Shown: piece by piece, positions 8,309-17,634 of the stretch | Numbering within the stretch: position 1 is the stretch's first letter | Layout of the letters: every line of letters begins with the position of its first letter | DNA from: Candidatus Latescibacterota bacterium | GTDB lineage: Bacteria > Latescibacterota > UBA2968 > UBA8231 | Assembly (NCBI GenBank): GCA_965217585.1 | Contig: OZ244561.1 | Span: 4,064,001-4,128,000 of the forward strand | Direction: 5' to 3' | Length of the DNA stretch: 64,000 nt | Notes under the pieces: generated by a model | What the model was told of the DNA's origin: nothing | What the model saw: only the letters and a program-made list of their open reading frames with translations | Databases searched by the model: none | Translations under genes and position numbers: made by a program

Positions 8309-11300
8309 ATGATCAGAGAATTCTATCAGGACCGCACCGTGTTGCTGACCGGCGGCACCGGGTTTTACGGGCAAGGGCTGACGGCCAAGATCCTGCGCTA
8401 TTTGCCCGCCGTGCGGCGCTTGTACCTCGTTTTGCGGCCCGGTCGGGGTCCTGATGGAGCCGCGCTGCCGGTAGAGGAGCGGCTGGACGAGCTTTTCAAG
8501 CTAGTCGTCTTCGACCGCTTTCGCCGCGAGGAGCCAGCCGCTTTTGCTGCGGCGCGACAGAAGGTGCGCGCCCTCGCCTGCGACATGCAGCAGCCGGGCC
8601 TCGGGCTAGACGAAGCATCGCGCGACGAGTTGCTCGCGGAAGTTGACCTCATCATCGGCAACGCGGCCAGCGTCACCTTCGACGAACCGCTCGACTCGGC
8701 GATCCAATTCAACACCTTGGCACCTCAGGAGCTTTTGCGGCTGGCCCGCGGAGGCCGCAAAAAGCCCGTCTTAGTACACGTATCAACCGCATACGTCAAC
8801 GGCCGCCTCGCCGGTGCCGTCCCCGAGCGAGTACTGCCGGTCGATCGCACGATTCAACACCTAATCGACGGCAGCACGCCTCCACAGCCTTTCGTCCCCG
8901 AAGAAGAGATCGCCCAAGCGCAAGCCCGCTGCCGTGCAATCCGTGCCCAAGCGCAAAGCGCCGAGCAACAGCAAGCATTCCGCCGCGAGATCGTCGAGCA
9001 GAGCCATAGCCGCAAGCTTTCTGACAGCCGCTTGCAAAAGCTGATTGACGACCGCTGTCGCCGCTGGATCGAGCGCGAGTTGGTCGAGGAAGGGATGCGC
9101 CGAGCGCGGCAGCATGGCTGGAATGACGTGTACACTTTTACCAAAGCCATGGGCGAACAGCTACTCGTCAAGCACCGCGACCAAGTGCCGCTGGCCATCG
9201 TGCGGCCCAGCGTCACCGAAGGCGCGCTCGAAGATCCACATCCAGGCTGGATCCACGGCCTCAAAGTAACCGATCCACTAATCGTGGCCTACGGGCGGGG
9301 GCTTGTCCCGGACTTCCCGGCCGCAGTCGGCGCGCCCATGGACTTGGTGCCCGTGGACATCGTCGTCAATACCGTGCTGGCCGCGGCCACGCAGGCCACG
9401 GCCTCCACAGTGGAGGTCTTCCACGCGGCAACCAGCGAAGAAAACCCGCTGCCCAACACCCGGATGTTCAAGTACGTAAAAGGCTACTTTGAGGAACACC
9501 CCCTCCTCAACAAAGACGGCTCGCGGCCCGAGCTAGTGGATTGGACCTTCCCGACGGTGACCCGCTTCCAGCGCGCCTTCAACTGGAAGTACCTCTATCC
9601 TCTGGAGATAAAGCAAAAGCTCTACGAGTACCTGCCCGAGCGCTGGGCACCGGCCCAGAAGAAACGCCGCTTGGCCGCACTCAAGACGCGACTCAAGCGC
9701 GTCCAGTACTTCACCGACCTGTTCAGCCCGTACACGACCCTCGATTGCCGCTATGAAACTAAGCGCATGTTGGCTCTCTACGAGTCGCTGTCCCCCGAAG
9801 AGCAGCGAATCTTCAACATGGACGTGCGGCGGATCGACTGGTATCAATACTATCAAAAGACCCACCTGCCCGGCCTGCGGCGTCACGAGCTAGGCGGGGC
9901 CGACGACGAGCAAGAGCCGTTGAGCGCGGCACCGGGCGAAGTGGGAGGCGAGGAACAGCGCTGGCGCATCGAGGAAAGCATCCGCACGATCCCGGACCTG
10001 TTGCGCTGGGCCTGCGGTCGCTACGCCGCCAGAACGGCCTTGCAAATCGAGCGCCGAGCCGGCTGGACGCGGATCAGCTACGACGAGTTGCTCGCCCGCG
10101 CCGAGCGCGTGGCGCGCAGTTGGCAAGCGCAGGGCGCGTCGGCCGGTGCGCGGGTCCTGCTGTGCGGGGACAACGGGCCGGAGTGGGTCGTCGCCTATAT
10201 GGCGGCCAGCCTGCTCGGGCTAGCGGTCGTGCCCATCGACCCGCAGACGCGCGAGGAAGACATCTGGAGGCTGTGCGACTTTGTCCAAGCGCGGGCACTG
10301 ATTGCGGCGGAAAAGCGCTTTTCTCAGCTCTCGCCCGAGGGCGTGGCAGCCCACAAGGAGATGGCCTTTTTCAATGTAGATCACGACGGTCTGCCGTTCG
10401 GGCACGCTCCCGAACCAGCCGCGGCCGCTGAAGAAGGCCGTTGGAAGCCACCACGGATCGGGCCAGACGCCACGGCGTCAATCATCTTTACCTCGGTCCT
10501 CGAGCCGCGCGGAGTGGTGTTGAGCCATCGCAACCTCATCTCCAATGTCCTCGCCCAAGGCGAGGTGCTGCGCATCTACGAATCCGACCGCATGCTCTCG
10601 ACCCTGCCCCTGCACCAAGTCCTCGAATTCACGGGCGGCTTGCTGCTGCCGCTGCTCAGCGGGGCCACCATCACGTATTTAGAGGCCGTCAACAGCCGCG
10701 AGATGCTCCGCGCCCTGCACGATACGGGTACGACCGTGCTGTTGACCGCGCCGCGCCTGTTGCGCGTCTTGGCCGACCGCGTCGAGCGCCTCGGGGCCGA
10801 GGCCACGGCTGCGCTAGTCGCTCTGAGGCGGGTCGTCAGCGTCGGCGCAACCCTGTCCGACGACCTCATCGGCGCTTACGAGCGTCTCGGCGCGGCGATT
10901 TGCCAAGGCTATGGCCTGAGCGAAGCGGCCTCGGTCGTGGCGGTCAACGAGCCTAAGCAGGGCAAAGCCCGGTCGGTGGGGCAGGTGCTGCCTGGGCAGC
11001 AAGTGCAGATCGCCGAGCCAGACGAGCGCGGCGTCGGCGAGGTGTTGGTGCGGGGTGCCAACGTCATGGAGGGGTACCTCTCCCAAGAAGAGCTGACCCA
11101 AGCGGTGTTGCGCGACGGGTGGCTACACACCGGCGATCTCGGCCGACTAGACCAAGAAGGCTATCTCTTCGTCGAGGGGCGGAGCAAAGACCTGATCGTC
11201 AACGGAGCTGGCCACAACGTCTATCCACGCGAAATCGAATCGCTCTACCACGGCTTGCCGCACGTGGCCGAGCTGAGCGTGGTCGGCGTGCCCTCGGCTC

Positions 11301-12505
11301 GCACCGGGGGTGAAGAAGTGCGCGGCGTGGCCGTACTCAACCGCGAGGCCGAGGAGGCCGAGGACCTGCGCGAGGCTATCCAAGCGCGCTCATACGAGAT
11401 TTCTCGCACCTTGCCCAGCCATCACCGGATCCAGCGCCTGCACTTTTGGACCCAACCGCTGCCGAGGCTGGACGACGGGGCCGTGGACCGCCGTGCCCTG
11501 TTGTCCGCAATCGAGCGCGAAGACTGCCCAGACACGGCCCTGCCGGAATGGGAGCGGGCGATCCAGCGCCAAATCGGCCTGCTCGCTGGTCTGAGCGCCG
11601 GAGAGGTAGCAGCTCATATAGACGCACCGCTCGACACCTTGTTGGATTCGCTGATGGCAGTGGAGTTCGCCGCGTGGATCGGCCAGCGGCTGGGGAACCA
11701 AGTCGATGGGCTTTGGTGCCCACAGGACACGCTCCGCAGCGTCTTGGCGCGGTTAGAGGCCCACTTGCGCGACGGGGTGGACTGGGAGGTGGAGCAGTCA
11801 CCCGCGTACTGGTCGGGCATCTTGCACGCCGAGCTGAGCGCCGAGCCAGAGAACGAGGCCGGCAAAAAGATGCTGCAAGAATTCCTGTGGGAGACCGGCG
11901 GCCCCTTGTTCCGCCGCTTTTTCGACCTCCGGGCTGGCGGCCTAGAGTACTTGCCGCAAGATCGGCCATACCTAATTGCCGCCAACCACGCCAGCCACCT
12001 CGACGGTGCTTGCGTGTACTCAGCCGTGCGCTCTCATGTAGATCACCTCAATATCTCAATGGACGAGCATCACCTTGCCGACTCCGAGTTGCGCTGGTTT
12101 TTGTACACCTTTGCCAACGCCGTCCCCTTCGACGGCCACGGCGATTTTGCCGCCGGCTTGGTGCGGGCGCGGCAATTGGTGGGGGTGCGCCGCCCGCTGC
12201 TGGTCTTTCCCGAAGGCACGCGCTCAGTCAACGATCAGCTACAGCCGTTTAAGGCGGGCGTGGGGCTTTTGGCCTACGAGCTGGACGCGCCCGTAGTGCC
12301 CCTGCACATTGCCGGCACCCGCGAAGCCCTGCCCAAGGGGACGCGCACACCATCGCGCCACCCTTTGCGCCTGCTCTTTGGCCCCCCCCTAGAAACGACC
12401 TCTTTCAAAGGGCGCGCCGAGGCGTTGAGCCCCTATGAGATCTACTACGAGATCGCCGCGGCACTTAAGCGACACATCGAGGCGCTGGGCCGCAAGAACA
12501 TTTAA
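8309..12505 (+). CDS. ElbD-like multidomain lipid enzyme: fatty acyl reductase (NAD_binding_4 + Sterile), AMP-binding domain, carrier domain, PlsC-type acyltransferase
   Basis: TGGTGFYG, HVSTAYV, YTFTKAMGE, DVRRIDW; QGYGLSE, WLHTGDLG, GRSKDLIV..NVYPREIE; LDSLMAVE carrier Ser; ANHASHLD and FPEGTRS. Confidence 0.88.
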   Translation: MIREFYQDRTVLLTGGTGFYGQGLTAKILRYLPAVRRLYLVLRPGRGPDGAALPVEERLDELFKLVVFDRFRREEPAAFAAARQKVRALACDMQQPGLGLDEASRDELLAEVDLIIGNAASVTFDEPLDSAIQFNTLAPQELLRLARGGRKKPVLVHVSTAYVNGRLAGAVPERVLPVDRTIQHLIDGSTPPQPFVPEEEIAQAQARCRAIRAQAQSAEQQQAFRREIVEQSHSRKLSDSRLQKLIDDRCRRWIERELVEEGMRRARQHGWNDVYTFTKAMGEQLLVKHRDQVPLAIVRPSVTEGALEDPHPGWIHGLKVTDPLIVAYGRGLVPDFPAAVGAPMDLVPVDIVVNTVLAAATQATASTVEVFHAATSEENPLPNTRMFKYVKGYFEEHPLLNKDGSRPELVDWTFPTVTRFQRAFNWKYLYPLEIKQKLYEYLPERWAPAQKKRRLAALKTRLKRVQYFTDLFSPYTTLDCRYETKRMLALYESLSPEEQRIFNMDVRRIDWYQYYQKTHLPGLRRHELGGADDEQEPLSAAPGEVGGEEQRWRIEESIRTIPDLLRWACGRYAARTALQIERRAGWTRISYDELLARAERVARSWQAQGASAGARVLLCGDNGPEWVVAYMAASLLGLAVVPIDPQTREEDIWRLCDFVQARALIAAEKRFSQLSPEGVAAHKEMAFFNVDHDGLPFGHAPEPAAAAEEGRWKPPRIGPDATASIIFTSVLEPRGVVLSHRNLISNVLAQGEVLRIYESDRMLSTLPLHQVLEFTGGLLLPLLSGATITYLEAVNSREMLRALHDTGTTVLLTAPRLLRVLADRVERLGAEATAALVALRRVVSVGATLSDDLIGAYERLGAAICQGYGLSEAASVVAVNEPKQGKARSVGQVLPGQQVQIAEPDERGVGEVLVRGANVMEGYLSQEELTQAVLRDGWLHTGDLGRLDQEGYLFVEGRSKDLIVNGAGHNVYPREIESLYHGLPHVAELSVVGVPSARTGGEEVRGVAVLNREAEEAEDLREAIQARSYEISRTLPSHHRIQRLHFWTQPLPRLDDGAVDRRALLSAIEREDCPDTALPEWERAIQRQIGLLAGLSAGEVAAHIDAPLDTLLDSLMAVEFAAWIGQRLGNQVDGLWCPQDTLRSVLARLEAHLRDGVDWEVEQSPAYWSGILHAELSAEPENEAGKKMLQEFLWETGGPLFRRFFDLRAGGLEYLPQDRPYLIAANHASHLDGACVYSAVRSHVDHLNISMDEHHLADSELRWFLYTFANAVPFDGHGDFAAGLVRARQLVGVRRPLLVFPEGTRSVNDQLQPFKAGVGLLAYELDAPVVPLHIAGTREALPKGTRTPSRHPLRLLFGPPLETTSFKGRAEALSPYEIYYEIAAALKRHIEALGRKNI

Positions 12506-12507
12506 TT

Positions 12508-13260
12508 ATGTATCCCTACCTATTCGAGATCGGCCCCATTACTATTAGCACGTTTGGCCTCATGGTAGCCCTCGGTTTCCTAGCGTCCCTGCGTGTGCTC
12601 AATCGCGAGTTCAAGCGCCAGGGGCTACACGAAGAGTTGGGATCGACGATTGTCACCACCTGCATGGTCGGCGGGATAGTCGGGGCCAAGCTCTACTTTG
12701 TGCTATTTGAAACCTCGCCTGAGACCTGGGACGAGGTGTTCGACCTGCTGTTTTCCGGCTACGGCTTGACTTGGTACGGGGGGTTTGTCCTTGCTGCCGC
12801 CGGCGTGCTTTGGCAAATTCGCCGACTCAGTGCGCCGCTGGGCCAAGTCGCCGACTCGTTGGGCATTGCCGCTGCCGTGGGCTACGGGATCGGGCGGATC
12901 GGCTGCCAGCTCGCCGGCGATGGCGACTACGGGGTGCCGACTGATCTTCCCTGGGGCATGGCCTATCCCAACGGAGTGGTGCCGACCCTTGAAAAGGTCC
13001 ATCCCGCGCCAGTGTACGAAACTCTCGCCCACCTGGGGATCGCTGTCTTCCTGTGGAAGACGCGGACCCGCTTCGCGACCCCAGGTCTGTCGTTCAGCTT
13101 CTATCTCATCCTCGCCGGGCTAGCGCGGTTCTTGGTGGAGTTCATTCGGATCAACCCGCGCGTGCTGTGGGGCCTGAGCCAAGCCCAGCTCCTCAGCATC
13201 GCCATGATCGCCTTCGGCTTGGGGCTGATGCTGTATCTGCAACGCCGGGAGGCCTCCTGA
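12508..13260 (+). CDS. lgt: Prolipoprotein diacylglyceryl transferase family protein (divergent paralog type)
   Basis: [56 protein letters not shown]. Confidence 0.85.
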   Translation: MYPYLFEIGPITISTFGLMVALGFLASLRVLNREFKRQGLHEELGSTIVTTCMVGGIVGAKLYFVLFETSPETWDEVFDLLFSGYGLTWYGGFVLAAAGVLWQIRRLSAPLGQVADSLGIAAAVGYGIGRIGCQLAGDGDYGVPTDLPWGMAYPNGVVPTLEKVHPAPVYETLAHLGIAVFLWKTRTRFATPGLSFSFYLILAGLARFLVEFIRINPRVLWGLSQAQLLSIAMIAFGLGLMLYLQRREAS

Positions 13261-14729
13261 TGGCCAAGACGCGCTATCCGCGCATCTCCAGCTTTAAGCG
13301 GGCAGCGGACTTCCGCGCCCATCTGGCCCATTTGGGTGCGGAATTGCCCTGCGATGACCAGATCGAAACCGCTCCCACTTCCCCGCTGGCCCAACCAGCC
13401 CACAGCGGCGGCAACCGCATCGGCAACCGCTTTGCCATTCAGCCGATGGAAGGGTGGGACGGGACTGAGGACGGTCAGCCGAGCGATTTGACGCGCCGCC
13501 GCTGGCGGAATTTCGGGCGCAGCGAGGCCAAGCTCATCTGGGGTGGCGAGGCGTTTGCCGTAGTGCCCGAGGGCCGCGCCAACCCGAACCAGCTTATGGC
13601 ACGCGAGGAAAATCGCACCGGCATGGCCGAGCTGCGCGACATCCTCCTGTCGGCGCACCACGAGCGGTTCGGCACCACCGACGACCTGCTCCTCGGCCTG
13701 CAACTGACGCATTCGGGGCGATTCTGCCGGCCCTGGCGTAAAGACCAATCCGCGCCAGCCATTCTCTATCACCACCCGATCCTGGATCGCAAATTCGGCC
13801 TTGACGCGGACTATCCGCTCCTGACGGACGCCTATATCGAGGAGCTGATCGACCGCTATGTTGCCGGCGCGCAAATCGCCCACGAGTTGGGCTACCACTT
13901 CGTGGACATCAAGCATTGCCACGGCTATCTAGGGCACGAATTCCTCAGCGCGTTCACGCGGCCCGGTCCTTTTGGCGGCTCCTTTGCCAATCGCACGCGC
14001 TTTGTCCGCTCCATCATCGAGGGGATCCGCACCCAAGCACCCGGCCTCGGCATTGGCGTGCGGCTGAGTGCCTTCGACTTGGTGCCCTTCCGGCCCGATC
14101 CAGACGCGAGTACCGACGGCAAGCCGGGGCATGGAGTGCCCGAACCGTACCAAAACTGCCTGCCCTACGAGTACGGCTTTGGAGTCGATCAGGGCGACCC
14201 GCGGCAAATGGACTTAGGCGAGGCCGAGCAGTTCATCGCCTTGTTGGAGAGCTTGGGCGTGGAGCTGATCAACTTGTCCTGCGGCAGCCCTTATTACAAT
14301 CCGCATATCCAGCGACCGGCGCTCTTTCCCCCTTCCGATGGGTACCTGCCGCCGGAAGACCCGCTGTGCGGGGTGGCGCGGCAAGTGGCGATGGTCGCCC
14401 AGCTCAAAGCGCGCTTCCCGCGCAGTCTGTTCGTCGGGTCGGGATATTCCTACTTGCAGGAATATCTGCCACACGTGGGGCAAGCCCTCGTGCGGGCGGG
14501 CATGGTGGATTTCATTGGTTTGGGGCGGATGGTTCTGTCCTATCCCGACCTGCCCTGCGACGTGCTGCAAACGGGCCAACTGCAACGCCGCGTCATCTGC
14601 CGCACGTTTTCCGATTGCACGACCGCGCCGCGCAACGGCATGATTTCGGGCTGCTTTCCCCTCGACTCGTTTTACAAGCAGCGCGAGGAAGCCCAGCGCT
14701 TGCAGGCACTCAAAAAGGGAGCGGAATAA
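13260..14729 (+). CDS. NADH:flavin oxidoreductase (Old Yellow Enzyme family)
   Basis: Start ATG at 13260 overlaps the lgt stop (TGATG). [45 protein letters not shown]. Confidence 0.9.
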   Translation: MAKTRYPRISSFKRAADFRAHLAHLGAELPCDDQIETAPTSPLAQPAHSGGNRIGNRFAIQPMEGWDGTEDGQPSDLTRRRWRNFGRSEAKLIWGGEAFAVVPEGRANPNQLMAREENRTGMAELRDILLSAHHERFGTTDDLLLGLQLTHSGRFCRPWRKDQSAPAILYHHPILDRKFGLDADYPLLTDAYIEELIDRYVAGAQIAHELGYHFVDIKHCHGYLGHEFLSAFTRPGPFGGSFANRTRFVRSIIEGIRTQAPGLGIGVRLSAFDLVPFRPDPDASTDGKPGHGVPEPYQNCLPYEYGFGVDQGDPRQMDLGEAEQFIALLESLGVELINLSCGSPYYNPHIQRPALFPPSDGYLPPEDPLCGVARQVAMVAQLKARFPRSLFVGSGYSYLQEYLPHVGQALVRAGMVDFIGLGRMVLSYPDLPCDVLQTGQLQRRVICRTFSDCTTAPRNGMISGCFPLDSFYKQREEAQRLQALKKGAE

Positions 14730-15460
14730 TGCGGCAATTCGTCGATAAAGTTGTTGTTGTAACCGGCGCGGGCACTGGGATCGGCGCGGCCATAGCACGC
14801 GGTTTTGCTGACGCAGGGGCGCGGGTGGCGTTCGTCGGGCGACGTCCTGAACCGCTCGCCGCTGCGGCCGCTGGCCTCAATGCCGCCCGGATTCTGCTCC
14901 ACGCCTGCGACGTATCCGACCGCTGCGCTGTCGCTGACCTAGCGTCCGCTGTCGAGGCCGAGTGGGGTGTCGTCGATGTGCTAGTCAACAACGCCGGCAT
15001 CAACACCAATCCGCGCGCAGTCGGTGACGTGGCACCCGAGGACTGGGACCAGACCATTGCCATCAATCTCACTGGGGTGTACAACATGATGCGGGTGGTG
15101 TTGCCGGGGATGCGGCAACAAAACGACGGCCTCATCATCACGATTTCGTCCATCGCCGGCCTGCGGGCCAGCAAGCTGGCCGGTGCCGCGTACTCGGCCT
15201 CCAAGCACGGGGCGGTAGCTCTGACAAACTCTATCAACGAGGAGGAAGTCGAGTTCGGCATCCGCGCCTGCGCGATTTGTCCCGGCGAGGTGGAGACGCC
15301 GATTTTGGCCCAGCGGCCCGAACCCGTCAGCGCCGAACGCCGGGCCGCCATGCTGCAACCCGAAGAACTGGCCCAAGCCGCGCTCTTCGTCGCCTCGCTG
15401 CCGCCCCGCGCCTGCGTGCCCCTCTTGGTGATCAAGCCGACGGTGCAACTATTTCAGTAG
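14729..15460 (+). CDS. Short-chain dehydrogenase/reductase
   Basis: Start ATG at 14729 (TAATG overlap). TGAGTGIG, NNAG, YSASK, ICPGEVETP. Confidence 0.9.
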   Translation: MRQFVDKVVVVTGAGTGIGAAIARGFADAGARVAFVGRRPEPLAAAAAGLNAARILLHACDVSDRCAVADLASAVEAEWGVVDVLVNNAGINTNPRAVGDVAPEDWDQTIAINLTGVYNMMRVVLPGMRQQNDGLIITISSIAGLRASKLAGAAYSASKHGAVALTNSINEEEVEFGIRACAICPGEVETPILAQRPEPVSAERRAAMLQPEELAQAALFVASLPPRACVPLLVIKPTVQLFQ

Positions 15461-15518
15461 GGCGTTACTAAACGCTATCTCATAGTTCGCTACTCAGGTG
15501 ATCGAAAGGGCGAGGATA

Positions 15519-15770
15519 ATGACAACGCGGAAAATCGTGATTGATATTCCAGAGAACGTACTGCTGGCCGCGAAGACCGACGAACGCGCTTTTGCACGTG
15601 AACTCCGCATGCTGGCCGCGGTCAAGCTCTACGAGCTTGGCCGTCTTTCGTCTGGCCGGGCTGCGGAGCTCGCCGGGATGGAGCGCGTGGAATTTCTATT
15701 GACGCTTGACCGCTACAAGGTCTTTCCACTTGAGACGGAGTTGAATGACCTAGAACGCGAGCATGTCTGA
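15519..15770 (+). CDS. UPF0175 family protein (putative antitoxin)
   Basis: AVKLYELGRLSSGRAAELAGMERVEFL HTH motif. Confidence 0.85.
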   Translation: MTTRKIVIDIPENVLLAAKTDERAFARELRMLAAVKLYELGRLSSGRAAELAGMERVEFLLTLDRYKVFPLETELNDLEREHV

Positions 15771-15812
15771 GTTCATCAGCAACACTCTGCGCTGCTGTAC
15801 CTTTATCGCAAA
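15763..15812 (+). pseudogene. 5' remnant of a DUF3368/PIN toxin gene
   Basis: ATG overlaps the antitoxin end and reads MSEFISNT, then after a frameshift LLYLYR. This matches the 'ISNTSPLLYL' N-terminus of DUF3368; the rest is absent. Confidence 0.55.
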
Positions 15813-15858
15813 TCCATCGTCATGCGTCTTTCGTGGAATGAAATAATTGGAGAATACC

Positions 15859-17367
15859 ATGAGCGAACAACAGAAGCCGCAGAAAAAACACCCATTTAAG
15901 TTACTTGCCTTGATCTTAGGCATGGTTGCTCTTTTGGGCGTTGGGGGCAAAATGTATGTCGATCACGCCGAGAAGCAACGTCAGGAGGAGGTATTTGTCG
16001 CAGAGGTGGGGCGTATGCCACATCCGAAGGGTGAGAACAAGGGAGAGCCCGACCTACATATTGCAGTGAGACTGAACTTGCCCGTGTTGACAGTATCCCT
16101 GCTTAATCAGGGGGCCGATGTCCATGCTAAAACTAACGACGGCTGGACATCGCTACACTGGGCGGCGCGTAATGATGCTTCTTCGACGGCTGCGGTGTTA
16201 CTTGAGTCGGGGGCCGATGTCCATGCCAAAAACAACGACGGCTGGACGGCGCTATACATAGCGGCGCGTAATGATGCTTCTTCGGTAGCGGGGTTGTTGC
16301 TCAAAGCAGGGGCCGATGTTCACGCCAAAGACAACGAAGGCAAAATGCCACTACACGCTGCGGCGGCGCATAATGCTGCTGCTGTTGCTGCGGTATTGCT
16401 CAAGGCAGGAGCCGATGTTCACGCCAAAGCCGGCTTCTATGGCACGCCACTGCACGCTGCGGCGGCGCATAATGCTGCTGCTGTTGCTGCGGTATTACTT
16501 GAGTCGGGGGCCGATATCCATGCCGAAAACAACGACGGCGAAACACCACTGCATAACATTTTTGGCTATGACATGGACGCAGCAAGAGTTGCTAGAGCAG
16601 GCAGATTTTCTAGGACGGCCGCTGCTTTTCTCGAAAAAAGACGGAGGGTGACACCAACTGACGCTGTCAATACACCGCTGCACCATCTGACGACATCTGA
16701 GGATGCAGATGCTTCTGCTGTTGCTGGTATGTTGCTTAAGGCAGGGGCCGACGCCAACGCCAAAAACAATGATGGTTCTACGGTTTTGCACTGGGCAGCG
16801 GCGCATAATGCTGCGGCTGTTGCTGCGGTATTACTTGAGTGGGAGGCCAACGTCAACGCCAAAGACAACTTTAACGACATGGGCTGGACACCACTGCACT
16901 GGGCGGTGAGTGAGGATGCTTCTGGTCTTACCGGTATGTTGCTTGAGTGGGGAGCCAACGTCAATGCCAAAGATAGCGATAAGGGCTGGACACCGCTGCA
17001 CGTTGCGGCGCAGCATAATGCTTCTGATACCGCCAAGATCTTGCTCAAGGCAGGAGCCGATGTCCACGCCAAAGCTGACTTTTTGGGCTTTACGCCACTA
17101 CATGTTGCGGCGCAGTATAATGCTTCTGCTGTTGCTGCGGTATTGCTCAAGGCAGGGGCCGACGCCAATGCCAAGGGAGTCTATGGTACTACACCGTTAC
17201 ACTGGGCGGCGCAGCATAATGCTTCTAATACCGCCGAGATATTGCTCAAGGCAGGAGCCAATGTCCACGCCCAAACAGACAACGGCAGGACGCCGCTGAG
17301 ATGCGCGATAGAGGAGGAGGATTTAGAGACAGCCGCGGTTTTGCGTCGTTATGGTGCCCGTAGGTGA
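15859..17367 (+). CDS. Membrane-anchored ankyrin-repeat protein
   Basis: N-terminal TM (LLALILGMVALLGVGG) followed by about 12 repeats of GxTPLHxAAxxNAxxxAxxLLxxGADV[HN]AK. Confidence 0.93.
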   Translation: MSEQQKPQKKHPFKLLALILGMVALLGVGGKMYVDHAEKQRQEEVFVAEVGRMPHPKGENKGEPDLHIAVRLNLPVLTVSLLNQGADVHAKTNDGWTSLHWAARNDASSTAAVLLESGADVHAKNNDGWTALYIAARNDASSVAGLLLKAGADVHAKDNEGKMPLHAAAAHNAAAVAAVLLKAGADVHAKAGFYGTPLHAAAAHNAAAVAAVLLESGADIHAENNDGETPLHNIFGYDMDAARVARAGRFSRTAAAFLEKRRRVTPTDAVNTPLHHLTTSEDADASAVAGMLLKAGADANAKNNDGSTVLHWAAAHNAAAVAAVLLEWEANVNAKDNFNDMGWTPLHWAVSEDASGLTGMLLEWGANVNAKDSDKGWTPLHVAAQHNASDTAKILLKAGADVHAKADFLGFTPLHVAAQYNASAVAAVLLKAGADANAKGVYGTTPLHWAAQHNASNTAEILLKAGANVHAQTDNGRTPLRCAIEEEDLETAAVLRRYGARR

Positions 17368-17407
17368 AATAAGCTGATTCTATCTCTAAGCGAGTCGGGG
17401 GCGGATG

Positions 17408-17615
17408 TCCACACTCGCCGATCCCTACGACCCAGACGCAATGCCACCCGACCTGCGCCAAGCGCACTCAGCCCTCGACCGCGTAGTAGATAGACTCTAT
17501 CGCCACGCCCGTTTCAATTCGGAGCGCGACCACATGGAGCATCTCTTTGAGCTTTACGGGCAAATGCAAGTGCCGCTGGCGGCGAAAGCGGCGGGGAAGT
17601 GGAGACGAGGTGAAG
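17408..17615 (+). pseudogene. C-terminal fragment of an MmeI-like (type IIL) restriction-modification enzyme
   Basis: STLADPYDPDAMPPDLRQAHSALDRVVDRLY..F.SERDHMEHLFELY matches the MmeI-family C-terminus. No MTase body lies upstream. Confidence 0.75.
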
Positions 17616-17634
17616 AAGCGTTGAGCTCGCTGCG

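Noticed and set aside
8309-12505. NRPS or carboxylic acid reductase secondary-metabolite cluster
   Set aside because: There is no condensation domain, the reductase is an N-terminal FAR type and the C-terminus is a glycerolipid acyltransferase, which points to lipid metabolism.
13916-14728. N-terminal extension of the 514-aa ORF, and similar extensions of ORFs 1954-3033, 3785-5611, 13053-14729 and 50548-52119
   Set aside because: These overlap real genes in another frame. True starts lie downstream, at stop/start overlaps or SD sites.
16100-17290. Regular ~99-bp repeats as CRISPR
   Set aside because: They are ankyrin coding repeats.
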